In this document: positions 13,432 to 26,526 of the stretch, in pieces
Layout of the letters: every line of letters starts with the position of its first letter
Numbering within the stretch: position 1 is the first letter of the stretch
Origin: Octopus vulgaris
Taxonomy: Eukaryota
Length of the DNA: 64,000 nucleotides
Assembly (NCBI GenBank): GCA_951406725.2
Contig: OX597823.1
Span: forward strand, 55,428,001 to 55,492,000
Direction: 5' to 3'
Position numbers and translations under genes: made by a program
The notes under the pieces: generated by a model
Databases searched by the model: none
Told to the model about the DNA's origin: nothing
Seen by the model: the letters and a program-made list of their open reading frames with translations, nothing else

Positions 13432-13646
13432 CTTTTACTCTTTTACTTGTTTCAGTCATGTGACTGTGGCCATACTGGAGCACCGCTTTTAGTCGAGCAA
13501 ATCGACCCCAGGACTTATTGTCTGTAGGCCTAGTATTTATTCTATCGGTCTCTTCTGCCGAACCGCTAAGTTACGGGGACGTAAACACACCAGCATCGGT
13601 TGTCAAGCGATGTTGGTGGGACAAATACAGACACACAGACACACCC

Positions 13647-13677
<31 letters not shown>

Positions 13678-13830
13678 CACGTATATACGACGGGCTTCAT
13701 TCAGTTTCCGTCTACCAAATCCACTCACAAGGCTTTGGTCGCCCCGAGGCTATAGTAGAAAACGCTTGCCCAATGTGCCACGCAGTGGCACTGAACCCGG
13801 AAGCTACTTACCACACAGCCACTCCTGCGC
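13432..13830 (-). mobile_element. Family B SINE, full length
   Basis: Reverse complement runs from gcgcaggagtggctgtgtggtaagtagc to ..gactgaaacaagtaaaagagtaaaagagtaaa. Confidence 0.85.
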
Positions 13831-13847
13831 CTATGTAGGAGTGTATT

Positions 13848-14201
13848 GGCATCCTTTCTGTCTCGGGAGACAATGGAGTTGCGCATGAAGTAGTCTAGTC
13901 CGGCTTTTATATTTCATGTCCTGATACATTTCCTGTTGTGGCTGTGTAGTCCTATCCTGGACAAACACTCCCTCTGGCAGGTACCGCAAATGTAGCGAAG
14001 ACTGTTCCTGGCTGGTTGTAGTGCCATAGTCTCTTGTTTACGTCTCTTCGTTTCTTTCCATTTCTCCTCTCTCTCTCTGTCACTCCTTTGTATTCCCTAT
14101 TTTACGGTACGTCGCCATTCTCCACGGTTGCCGGCAACTGCCTCCCAACCGCTAATATTGATGTTGCAGGCCTTCATGTCCCTTTTGCAAACATCCTTTA
14201 C
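13848..14201 (-). mobile_element. 5'-truncated RTE (BovB-like) LINE with 14-bp target-site duplication
   Basis: KDVCKRDMKACNINISGWEAVAGNRGEWR..CGTCQRECLSRIGLHSHNRKC zinc-finger tail. TGTAGGAGTGTATT is repeated at 13834-13847 and 14202-14215. Confidence 0.88.
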
Positions 14202-15794
14202 TGTAGGAGTGTATTTGTATATATTTAACTATGCTGTTTCAAGTGAAACAATGTCTATTTAATTATAAATGTAAAATAACACTACGGAGAAATCGACAAT
14301 GAACCGAGATAGGTGAACCGCAATATGGCGAGGGACTACTCTACAAGCACGTACATACACTTCCACACACACACATAGAGACAAACACACATCGCCACAC
14401 GTACACACGAACACACACACACTCACACACACACACACACATATATACAGCGAGAGAGAAAAGACAGAGTAACACAGAGATATGCACACACGCATACGTG
14501 CACGTACACACACATACACAAACACACACGCACACACACACACACACACACGCACACCGGCATAAACGCAAATATACATATACACTCATAATACTCCGCA
14601 TACAAAACACACACGCCCACAACGCACGCACACATGCACAGATACATGCACACACAACACACATATACACGCAAGTACATACACTTCCAGAAACACACGC
14701 ACAGAACACACACATTCCCCCACACATCACACACCCCCCACACACACAACTCCCGCCCACACATCCCTACAAGAGCATGCAGACTCACGCACATATATAC
14801 ACAGCGAGAAAAAGAGAGACAAACAGAGTGACAGAGACACACACACACACGCACCCATACACATGTGCACACACAGAGACACACATATAGACGTTCCCAC
14901 TCCGTCGACGCACACACTCACAACCACACACCCATTCACACCCTCCCATTCTCAGACCCTCTTTAGACTGCCTCTGCATCTGAGTCACTTTTCACCCTTC
15001 CATCTACGCACACATGCAAACACACACACATACATACAAACACACACACACACTCTTGCACCCAATCATTCGCACACCTGTCACTATAGTTGCTGACCTG
15101 TCAGAACGACTTTAACACACACACACACGCACACACACACACAGACTACACACACTAGTACAAACACACACACACACACATACCTTCACGCACACACACA
15201 GTTACCACCACATGCACACACTCTATCAGGTACATACACAGTTACCACTACACGCATACACTTTACCATGCACACACACACACGCTACCATACATACACA
15301 CGCTACCACACACACACACGCTACCATACATACACACACACACATACTGACCCTTTTCCCACTCTCCTGTCCCATACAGCACTTTCTCTTCATTCCTTCT
15401 ACTTTCAGTCTTTTTAAAACTATAACCGCACTTGATTGTTGGTGATTCTTTTGCCTCGATCGTCTTGGACTTTCCTGTTTTTCCTGTTTTCGAAGAAGAG
15501 CTATACTCGAAACATTAAACTACTACCCTTTCTCTTTTCTTTCTCCGAGTGTTTTCTTAATACATTGCTTATGCTACGTCCACACGTTCGTCTCTTTTTT
15601 CTTTTCCTTTTCTCTGTTTCTTTTTTAATTGGCTATATATATATATAGATATTTATAAATTTTTATAATTATCTATCTATCTATCTGTCTGTCTGTCTGT
15701 CTGCCTGTCTGTCTATCTACCAATCTACCTACGTACCCACCTACCTACCCAGCTACCTATCTATCTATCTATCTATCCATCCATCCATCCATCC

Positions 15795-15857
<63 letters not shown>

Positions 15858-16337
15858 AATCCCTCTATTTCTATATATATATGTGGCTTTTTCTTTCTGT
15901 ATCTCTCTCTCTATATATATGTCTATCTGTTCATCTATCTATCTGTTTTCCCTCTAAATCCTTCCCTCCCTCCCCCCTCCTTCCATCCATCCAGCCAGCC
16001 AGCATTTAAATGTTTATCCCACGATGGTTCAATACACCGCCCGAGAACTACCCATCTTCCAACGAAATATTTTCGTAACAGATATGTTTTTTTTTAATAC
16101 AAAAAACAGACTGGCCAAGAAAAAAGTAATAATTGTATGAAGATTGTTAACAATCTAATATGAATATTTTCTGTAGGTATTCATCAGGCAGCCATCAACT
16201 TTCATCAGCTGTCAAATCTGCCGAAACAATATAAGGAAGTAGAAAGCATAATAGAAAATTCTAGATCAGTCGTCCTAACTAGGGTTAATATGACTCTTTA
16301 GGGTCCACATATGATTTCACTATTGAAGTTAATGTGT

Positions 16338-16505
16338 GGCGTGGCTGCGTTGTAAGAAGTTTGCTTCCCAACCACATGGTTCCGGGTTCAGTCCTACTGC
16401 GTGGGACATTGGGTAAGTGTCTTTTCCACTGTAGCCTCAGGCCGACCAAAGCCTTGTGAGTTGATTTGGTTGACGAAACTGAGAGAAGCACTTCGTATAT
16501 GTAAA

Positions 16506-16570
<65 letters not shown>

Positions 16571-16771
16571 AGTAAATATAATATGTGACAATTATTCGGT
16601 AGCCATGATAACTGAAGAGATGACGGCGTGGGTTTCCGCCCTGGCATCCGAAACTCGGAGTTTTATCATGGCTACCGTATAATTGTCACACATCATATTT
16701 ACATTTAAATTCCTCTATTTACATAATATCGAGGTCTCTTTCATTCTTTTGTTGTCCTGCCATTTCTATCA

Positions 16772-16807
<36 letters not shown>

Positions 16808-17152
16808 CTGCACACACACCCACATATAGATACACACACATATGTATATACATACATATATATCTATGTATATATTTACATAGATATATACATGCATGTA
16901 TATATCTGTGTGTGTGTGTCATTGTATCTGTGTTTGTTCCCCATCACCGCTTGACAGCCGGGATTCATGTGTTTACGTTCCCGTAACTTAATGGTTCGGC
17001 AAAAGAGACCGATGGAGTAAGTGCTACACTGAAAAAAATAAGTCCTTGGGCCGGTTCTTTTGACTAAAACCCTGAAAGGTGGTGTTCCAGCATGGCCACA
17101 CTCTAATGACTGGAACAAGTAAAAGAATTAAAGAATTAAAGAATAAAAGAAT
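16338..17152 (+). mobile_element. Family B SINE split by an HHR element inserted in its internal microsatellite
   Basis: 5' half at 16338-16500 and 3' half at about 16910-17152. Confidence 0.75.
16584..16690 (+). ncRNA. Type I hammerhead ribozyme with very long stem I
   Basis: CGGUAGCCAUGAUAA-CUGAAGA-GAUG..CAUCC-GAAAC-UCGGA-GUU-UUAUCAUGGCUACCG. 15 perfect bp, extended past one U-U mismatch by UGUGACAAUUAU/AUAAUUGUCACA. Confidence 0.85.
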
Positions 17153-17419
17153 AACAGTATACCTCTACAATACACAAAATATTTTAATAACCTTTTTCTT
17201 TTTTACAATTCCTAATAATATCTAAATATGATAAATTAATAGGATTTTTTAAACATCGAAAGGCTATGAGGGTCCACCCGAGTAAAAGGGCGATCAAAGG
17301 GGTCCAAAGGTAAAAAAAAAAAAGAAAAATGGTTGAGAAGTACTGCTCTGGATTTATACAGATTTATCTATAGAGTAGCGTAATAACGGGAGGCGGTAGG
17401 GAAATCGAATAGCAATCTT

Positions 17420-17860
17420 TCCAAAATATATACGACGCGCTTCCGCACAGTTTCCATCAATCGAATTCACTCATAAGGCATTGGTCGGTCGGCGCTTAAA
17501 GTGGAAGACACTTGCCAAGAGTGTCGCGCCGTGGGACAGAACCCGATATCATGTGGTTACAAAGTGAGCATCTTAACCATACATCTTTCAGCTTTAATTA
17601 TTATCAAGAGATTCGTGAAATATTTCAGGTAAAACAACGATTTAGGTAATTTCTCAAAAGAAAATTAACAGATCTTATAGAGGAGCTGGTATGGATGCAT
17701 GGTTAAGATGCTCACTTTGTAACCACATGATATCGGGTTCTGTCCCACGGCGCGACACCCTTGGCAAGTGTCTTCCACTTTAAGCGCCGACCGACCAATG
17801 CCTTATGAGTGAATTCGGTTGATGGAAACTGTGCGGAAGCGCGTCATATATATTTTGGAA
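17420..17860. repeat. Near-perfect inverted duplication (about 165-bp arms) of a decayed family B SINE
   Basis: 17420-17589 is the reverse complement of about 17695-17860, with about 4 transition differences. Confidence 0.9.
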
Positions 17861-18102
17861 ATTTAGTATATTTTTGCAAAGAGCCATGATAAAACTCCGC
17901 AATAATAAAAACGCAAATAGTACATAATAGAAATATATATATATATATATATTCAATAAAAGCAATTAAGATTCAAGTCAATTCTAATGAATTCACTTGA
18001 ATGCGGTACTTAACTTAGATGCACCAGAAAACTATATGTTGTTAACCATACAGTAATGTGGAGTGATTATAAACGAGAAAGAAGCACCAAGAATGGATTA
18101 GT

Positions 18103-18193
18103 TTTTAGTACAATTGTTTCATACAAAGACAGGCTTTATTAAAAGTTGCAAATATTGCAGCAGATAAAAGTGTCCCGTACTCATCAGCTAAAA
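18103..18193 (-). ncRNA. Minimal type I hammerhead ribozyme
   Basis: Same core and stems as 7934-8024. Confidence 0.88.
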
Positions 18194-18296
18194 CACATAT
18201 GAGTTCTCCAAACATCTTAGTGGGTGAGGCTACACTCATGAAGTATTGGAGATAATTTCATTAAAAGCACTAAGATGTTTGGAGAACTCATATGTG

Positions 18297-18387
18297 TTTT
18301 AGCTGATGAGTACGGGACACTTTTATCTGCTGCAATATTTGCAACTTTTAATAAAGCCTGTCTTTGTATGAAACAATTGTACTAAAA
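18297..18387 (+). ncRNA. Minimal type I hammerhead ribozyme
   Basis: ttttag CTGATGA gtacgggaca..tgtctttgtat GAAAC aatt GTA ctaaaa. Confidence 0.88.
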
Positions 18388-18907
18388 ACTAATCCATTCT
18401 TGTTGCTTCTTTCTCGTATATATAAATATATATACATTATTTGTAAGGCAACCTAAAAGTAAAGAATATATCCAATACTCTTTTTATCACTAATTTATCA
18501 CTATTCGGTATTAACGATGTGTGTGTATATATGTATATTAATCCTTTAGGAAATTCCTCCTAACATTAACCATATTCGGTCCCCTATCTTGCCATAAGGC
18601 CGTATTCTGATTATTTATTTAATTTTGCTCCTAATTCCTCCTTTCGTCTTGTTTGTTTCCTCTTTGTCTCTCGTTGGTCTACTAATGATCTCGTTTGGAA
18701 TCACATTTATTTATGTTTATATGTCCACTTTCTGTATTTATTTATTTATTTATTTATTGTTTATTTGTTTATTTTCTGTCAAGTTTGTGATCCCTTGTTT
18801 ATATAGAAGAGCTGGAATAGATGTATGGACAAAAATGCTCACTTTACAACCGTGTGGTATTGTGCCATTTCCCGTCGGCTTCTTACTGCTGGCGCCACCA
18901 GAAATGA

Positions 18908-19130
18908 AGGCGGTGAGCTGGCAGAATCGTTAGCATGCCGGGCAAAATACTTAAATATATTTCGACCGTCTTTACATTCTGAGTTCAAATGCCACCGAGA
19001 TCGACTTTTCCTCCCATCCTTTCGAGGTCGATAAATTAATAAATTAAATACCAGTGTTACACTGAGGTCGATGAAATCGACTCGTCCCCACTGCCAAAAT
19101 TTCAGACCTTATGCCTTTAGTAGAAAGGAT
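18908..19130 (+). mobile_element. Family A SINE followed by a (TTC)n(TTA)n tail
   Basis: ggcggtgagctggcagaatcgttagc..gagttcaaat..agtagaaaggattcttc. Confidence 0.85.
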
Positions 19131-19155
19131 TCTTCTTCTTCTTCTTCTTCTTCTT

Positions 19156-19271
<116 letters not shown>

Positions 19272-19314
19272 TATTATTATCATTATATAGATATATACAG
19301 ATATATATATGATA

Positions 19315-19364
<50 letters not shown>

Positions 19365-19442
19365 GGTAATAAAGACTTTAGAAATTTTTACTACCAGTGG
19401 CCCAGCGTATAGAAAAATTAGTTAATAGACTATATATTATTC

Positions 19443-19542
19443 ATATAAAATACAGTGTACATTTAAACACATTAAGAGGTATCCGTAAGGGAGTCCTATG
19501 ATGGATACCTCTTAATGTGTTTAAATGTACACTGTATTTTAT

Positions 19543-19544
<2 letters not shown>
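19443..19544. repeat. Perfect 42-bp inverted repeat with 18-nt spacer
   Basis: atataaaatacagtgtacatttaaacacattaagaggtatcc and its exact reverse complement. Confidence 0.92.
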
Positions 19545-19609
<65 letters not shown>

Positions 19610-19614
19610 TGTAA

Positions 19615-19672
<58 letters not shown>

Positions 19673-20033
19673 TAGGGGTAATACGAATATATCTAGGATT
19701 CTAAGCAAGAAACAGATTGTTAAATCAATGTGTATCGAATTGCAACCAGTTTGGCGCCATTTGTAATGGTTTGCATTTTATGACTCAGCTATACTGGATT
19801 CTCTGGTAAACTCAGAAATCTTTTATAAATTGTTGTGGCATTCAAAAAGCTAATAGCCTTCGACTCCTATCCAGCTGGTATGTTTTCGCTACATCATTGT
19901 ATGTGTATCATATATAAACATGTGTGTGTGTGTGTGTGTGTTTGTGAGTATGCCCGCACCTGGTCGCATGTGTGTGTATGTGTGTATATGTGTGCGCGTG
20001 TTGTGTGCGTAATTATATATGTATACATATATA

Positions 20034-20064
<31 letters not shown>

Positions 20065-20209
20065 ATATATATATATATATATATATTATTGAAGTAGATA
20101 AATGAATTATCTTATTACGGATAATTCAAATGCCATTTATTTCATGGGCTCCTCGTGAGCGTTTGTCGAAAAGCTTGCTCTGCATTTTGTTGGAGAATTA
20201 AGTTCCTGG

Positions 20210-20295
20210 ATTTTCCTGAAGAGAAGGCTGCAAAATGGACTCCTTATTCAATCTGAATTAGGGATTTTGCAGCCTTCGAAACATATGTAGAAAAT
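20210..20295 (+). ncRNA. Intact minimal type I hammerhead ribozyme
   Basis: AUUUUC-CUGAAGA-GAAGGCUGCAAAAU...AUUUUGCAGCCUUC-GAAAC-AUAU-GUA-GAAAAU. Perfect 6-bp stem I, perfect 14-bp stem II and palindromic loop III. It sits in a unit of about 265 bp between two (TA)n tracts. Confidence 0.92.
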
Positions 20296-20346
20296 AATAA
20301 AAAGGAATTTTGTTAAATCTTCGTTCAGCTCCATTTCTTCCTACAC

Positions 20347-20411
<65 letters not shown>

Positions 20412-20446
20412 TAATATAGTATAGTATATTTATATATACAGTAAAA

Positions 20447-20620
20447 GCGCGGGGTTTAGTGTTTAGACGCATTTGGCTCACGATCGGAAAGCAGTGAGTT
20501 AGATTCACAGCGGCGCGTTGTGTCCTTCAACAAGACACTCTGTTTCATTCAGCTGACAAAAATGAGTTTGCCTGTAATTCAACGGGCCAACCTTATTACG
20601 TGTCACGCTGAATCTATCTT
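20447..20620 (+). mobile_element. tRNA-derived SINE (family C), decayed
   Basis: gcgcggggtttagtg..ggctcacgatcg..gagtt.gattc..gttgtgtcctt..caagacact. Related copies lie on the minus strand at about 24690-24857 and 33780-34070. Confidence 0.65.
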
Positions 20621-20777
20621 TAGTTGTCATGTTGCGTAGTGTGGTGCTGTTGGGTATTATTGTTTCATTCGTGTTTTCTTCTGAGGCTCAGTCTGTCTAT
20701 TGTTATGTGTGTGGCCTCTGTAACCTGTCTAAGTGTCGTGTCTGTTCTATGCGTTGATAATACCTTAACATCTATAG

Positions 20778-20985
20778 ACGGTGAGCTAGGAGAAATGTTA
20801 GCACGCCGGGCTAAATTCTTAGCAGTATTTCGTCTGTCTTTACGTTCTGAGTTCAAATTCCGCCGAGGTCAACTTTGTCTTTTATCCTTTCGGGATCGAT
20901 AAATTACCAGTCGTGTACTGGTGTCGATCTGATCGATTGGCCCCTTCCAAAAAATTCCGGGCCTTGTGACGAGAGCAGAAAAGAA
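20778..20985 (+). mobile_element. Family A SINE with target-site duplication
   Basis: aataccttaacatc flanks both sides. Confidence 0.85.
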
Positions 20986-21706
20986 TACCTTAACATCCGT
21001 TATTAACCAAACCTCTATTTTCTAATTGTGCATGTTGGTAGAGCGCGGACAAACTTCTCTCCTCTTTGAGCTCCCGCCAGTCGTCATCTATTCGATCCCT
21101 TATGCTACGTAGTGTCTCCTCAATGTGTGCTGTTGTCTTGTTTCTGCACAGTCACTTAGTACACCGTATGCTATAGTAAAATGGAGGAGGAAAGACAGAT
21201 GCAAACTATATAGTACACAACCTTCACCCCTCACACACACACACACACACACAAAAGACACATACACATACCTTAGACCAAATGGAAAAAAACTAGACGA
21301 AATAGAAGAAAATAAAGGGCACGGTTACAAAAATATAGTAAGTAAACCCATATACACACAGAGAAAACACACATACACAAAACATAGAAACGCGCGCACA
21401 CACATGTACACACAAATACTGGCGCAAACGTATGTGCAGATTAAGGATACATACCATAGAATGACAGAATGGACTAAACAGAACAGGAAGGGAGACGTAG
21501 GATGGAGAGTCGATAAAGAGTTCACAGGACGTGTGACGAAAGATTTCCAAAGGACATAAAATAAGAACAATAATAAAGTACATCTGAAGTGAAGAACGAC
21601 TTTATAGTGTGTGTATTTATTTGGGAAAAAAAGAAAGAAAGAAAAGAAAAAGAAAATGAGCATCCTGAAAATACACGATTTCACATCCAGGAATCTTGCA
21701 TAACAA

Positions 21707-21740
<34 letters not shown>

Positions 21741-21825
21741 GTGCGTGTGTGTGTGTGTGTGTGTGTGTATCTGTGTCTGTGTGTGTATACGTATATGCAT
21801 ATGTATGTATATATATGTGCATATA

Positions 21826-21870
<45 letters not shown>

Positions 21871-22409
21871 ATGTATGTATGTGTGTATACGCACATATCT
21901 ATGGTACTAAATGTATTGAAAAAATACACTTTGAACTATCATAAGCTGAACTACAGCGGAAGCCGGTCGCTGTCAGTATAATATGGATTTGCGCTTCTAC
22001 TGTAAAACACTCTGAGCCACAACATTCACAAAAGTTTATTCAGGAAAATTATTTTATACGAGAACTTTTCAGTAATACGTGAATTTATCTTCTCAGTTGC
22101 GCGCGATTGTGGTGTGATGCGTGTGCCTGTGTGTGCGCGCGTGTGTGCGTGTTTGTGTGTGTGTGTGTGCGCGCGTGTAAAAACACCGTGTGAATTCAGT
22201 CACTAATACTTTTTCTCAGTATAACTGTTATATAAAAAAAATTTGCTATGTGAAAGCATATTTTTGTATTTTTCTTTTCAAATATATAAGTATATGATAA
22301 AATTATTTGTCTCCTGTGAAAAATAAAATCTTTTATTCAAACAAATATATATTTGTATAAAAATTTAGCGCATTTTCAATCCTTTCTTATTCATTCACAC
22401 ACCGATACA

Positions 22410-22790
22410 CGCGTATGTATGTACATACGTACGTACGTATGTATGTGTGTGTATGTTTGTATGTATGTATGTATGTATGTATGTATGTATGTATGTATGT
22501 ATGTATGTATGTATGTATGTGTGTATGTATGAATGTATGTATGTATGTATGAATGTATGTATGTATGTATGTATGTATGTATGTATGTACGTACGTACGT
22601 ACGTATGTATGTATGTATGTATGTATGTATGTATGTATGTATGTACGTACGTACGTATGTATGTATGTATGTATGTATGTATGTATGTATGTATGTACGT
22701 ACGTATGTATGTACGTACGTATGTATGTACGTACGTATGTATGTACGTACGTATGTATGTGTGTGTTTGCATGCATGTATGTATGTATGC
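22410..22790. repeat. (TATG/TACG)n microsatellite
   Basis: Directly visible. Similar tracts at 370-450, 995-1125, 7085-7375, 36130-36205, 39120-39340, 48680-48755 and 50110-50205. Confidence 0.95.
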
Positions 22791-23350
22791 ATATGTACAA
22801 TCTTATTGTTGTTGTTGTTTCTGCATAGAAAATTTTCACCTTAAATATGCCAATGGAAGCTGCTAGAGAGTCTTTGTATGGCATATTTTGTGTGGTAAAG
22901 TCTTCCTCCTCTCCCTAAACACCTTCTTCTCCACTTGTTGACTTGCGAAGAATATTGCCACCATGTTAATGTTCGACATGCAGTCCAAAAAACAATATTC
23001 CAATTGGTCGGAAGCAAACGAACGGCACGTTTTTTGTAGTTCGTCGCTACAAAATTATGCAGAAACATTAACAAGACCAAATTCCTAAAAGAGCAAAACA
23101 AGCCAGAATTATTCTCTAACATTCAGAGCGGAATGAAACGAATCAGCGTCAATAGAAAAAAAAATAATGGTTTCTAATTTAGGCACAAGGCCCAACATTT
23201 TGTGGGTAGAGTCTTAGTCGAGTTCATCGACCCCGGTACTTGGGTAAGGATGAAAGATAAAGTTGATATTGGTGGGATTTCAACACTGAATGTAAAGAGG
23301 CAGAATAAACAACACAAGGCATTTTTTCTCAATCTACCAATTCTGTCAGC

Positions 23351-23422
<72 letters not shown>

Positions 23423-23431
23423 TAATAATAT

Positions 23432-24520
23432 ATTAATTGTTTTATTAGCCACAAGGTCTTACATAAAACAACATTAAAGGACATGACACAACATGAAAGA
23501 CAATACAAGACGAGACAAAGGGTTTTCATCGTGTAAACAATACATATAACGATAAGAAATTAAACAAAATAAAACTAAAATAAATGGAGGCGCTTTAAAG
23601 GTCCTCGTGGAAAAACCCACAAAAGCCACGGGTGCCTAAAAACAGGGCAGAGCCCTTCTTTTATTACTTCACAGTTGTACGCTCAGAATTGGTCCTTTCA
23701 CACTGGCCATTCCTCCAATATTCATTCACCTTTCAACAAACATGCTAGAAGGCAACACTTCTCTTTCCACCCTCAACTTCCTTTACAAGTGAAACTTGAC
23801 AAAGTTGATGATGGCTTGGCCAAAGAGGAAAGTGTCTGACTTTAGCACTCTGAGACGAGTCCACCATACTACCTCTTTCGTTACAGCCACTAGTCAACTG
23901 AAAACTGCCTGCCCCTCCCGGCCATAGGAGGGCGGCGGAATAATCTTCACTATAGATTCAGCCGGATCATATGACAGCAGGTGTTTGACATAAAGCCACA
24001 AGTCAGTAATACTCGGGCACTGGACGAGGGCGTGCAGAACGGTTTCATCGCTCTGGGCGCACCTCGGGTAGGCCCAGCTGACGGCACTTCTGTGCATGAA
24101 AGGTTTATCCCGAACAGGCAGCGCCCCTTGGTAGCACTGCCAGGCAAAGGATTTCTGGAAGTTATCTATTGGCCCAAGCCCGAAAATTCTCCGAAGCAGA
24201 CCGGTCAGTTGATCTTCGTCGACGCCCCGAGTTTTACCGAGAATGTTGTCGCACATTCCCTCCACTAACTCTCTATAGAATGCTAGAGTGAAACTACGAC
24301 CGACCGTATTGCCCTACTGGCGGAGGGCTGTGAGCGCTTGACGACACTCGAGGTGCCAAGCGCCTCTCTTTGGTCTACCCCTAATCCAGGACTGTAACTC
24401 AAAGAGACGAGCTGTGGAAAAGTGAGTCTGACAAACGGCGACCACACCTGCTCACCGTCAGGAAACGCTGGAGATGCCGTAGCCGGAGCGCATGTCTGCA
24501 CATCAGCAACCACAGCATGC
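23432..24520 (-). mobile_element. Tx1/L1-clade LINE 3' remnant
   Basis: FQKSFAWQCYQGALPVRDK..PRCAQSDETVLHALVQCPSITDLW (zinc knuckle); the 3' UTR ends at (TTA)n. Confidence 0.75.
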
Positions 24521-24874
24521 CCAGCCCTCTGTTCAGCGGTTTCAAATTTTGGCATAACGCTGAACTCTCCCGTCGCAGACGACATATGAGCGTTCAGCTT
24601 TTGTAGAACGACCTGCACAAATGGTTTGTTTATAATGATTAAATGCATGTGTTCTACATTAGCTCATTCCCTTCATTAAATCAGCGTTTCTTGAATAGGT
24701 GCATGGTGTACCACGTGTCACGTGTCGAAGTAGTCAGAGAGCAACGCGAGATGAAGTGTTTTGCTCAAGATACACAACGCAGAACCCGGTCTAAGAATTG
24801 AAACCGCAATCTCACGATCGTGAGTGTAACATCCTAATCACTAGACCATGCGTCCTCCGGTAACAATGATAATA

Positions 24875-24906
<32 letters not shown>

Positions 24907-24919
24907 GATAATAGTAATG

Positions 24920-24998
<79 letters not shown>

Positions 24999-25009
24999 TG
25001 ATGATGATG

Positions 25010-25110
<101 letters not shown>

Positions 25111-25591
25111 TTCATTTATTTGCCACCAGGAGAAAGAATGAGGGGTACAATATAAAGACAGACATAATGTGTGGTGATTTACATATAATGAAATGATAAA
25201 ATAATTTAAAACAAAAATCAAGTATACACGGTATACAGTGAAATGGAAGGGACATATATCTAGCATACAAATGTTTAAAGATGTAATTGTAATCATACTC
25301 CTTTCCACTGGAGGCACAGGGGCTCAAATTTGGTGGGGAGGGGACTAGTTGATTACATCGACTCCAGTGTTTCACTAGTACTTGACTTATCGACACCGAA
25401 AGGATGAAAGGAAAAGTTATCTTCGCCGGAATTTTAACTCGGAACTTAAAGACGAACGAAATACCACGAAGAATTTCGACCGACGTACTAACGATTCTGC
25501 CATTTTCGTATAGTATAGGTCAGAGTGGGTCACCATGTAACAATACAAAACATCTTTCAGTTTTATTGCAGTACGCACATACGCACACACG

Positions 25592-25638
<47 letters not shown>

Positions 25639-26040
25639 GCGCGCGCGCACACACTCACACATATTGAAAATCTCTACAGGAAAAATTTAAATAAATTCTA
25701 TAAAAGATTTCCAGCCAAAATAATGATCGTTGCCTTCAGCCTTGAGCCAAGTAGAAAAGAAAAACGAATTGTATGAAAGATGCGTCGAGATGAAATGCTT
25801 CAGGCTAAACTGTCTAATTATTATAATTAAATAGAGATGGATAATGATTTGATGGAGCGTGGGTATTGATAGCAGACGCTATGTACAACAAAGAAGGAAA
25901 GAGATAGATAGATAGATAGATCGATACATACATGCATGCATACATACATACATACATACATACATACATACATACATACATTCATACATACGTACGTACG
26001 TACATACATACATACATACAGACAGACATACATACATACA

Positions 26041-26455
26041 TGGGATAAAGAAGAGAAATTGTGTACAATTGTGGAAATCAGCTGCCCAGCTGATGTTAAC
26101 ATAAAGCTAAAGACCAGTGAAAAAGAGAATACCTACGCTGAACTATTGAGAAATCTATGGCTACTCTATCCAAATTACAAGTTCAGGTTTATACCTGTAA
26201 TTATTGGGGCACTAAGATATGTAATGCAGTGCATAAATACCAGTCTTGAGAAATTAGGCTTCTCAAAACCAGAAAGGAGAAAGTTGATTCGAAGATTACA
26301 AACACAATCCATCACTGGAACTGTAAAAATCTGTAAAACTTTCCAGAGGTTTATCATATGAGTACATATGCGCGTGTCTAGATTTGCAAATATATGCAAG
26401 AGAATACATACATAAAACAAAATATACAAATCTACACATATGCATGCATGCGTAC
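26041..26455 (+). mobile_element. R4/Dong-type non-LTR retrotransposon, 3' fragment (RLE domain end)
   Basis: WDKEEKLCTIVEISCPADVNI..EKENTYAELLRNL..FIPVIIGAL; flanked on both sides by (TACA)n. Confidence 0.85.
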
Positions 26456-26526
26456 ATACATACATACATACATACATAAATACATACATACATACATACA
26501 TACATACATACATACATACATACATA

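Larger units (their letters stand above)
17955..18417 (-). mobile_element. Solo Penelope terminus with inverted duplication
   Basis: 17955-18267 is homologous to 7786-8100. Arms 18073-18222 and 18268-18417 are inverted. Flanked by TA runs. Confidence 0.88.

Noticed and set aside
16177-16284. Possible host exon after ttttctgtag (GIHQAAINFHQLSNLPKQYKEVESIIENSRSVVLTR)
   Set aside because: Weak donor site, no recognisable protein similarity and no partner exons. The two CUGAUGA boxes on the minus strand also lack HHR stems.
22800-23080. Short inverted ends tgtttctgcata/tatgcagaaaca around unique sequence
   Set aside because: Only a 12-bp match with no second copy or TSD.
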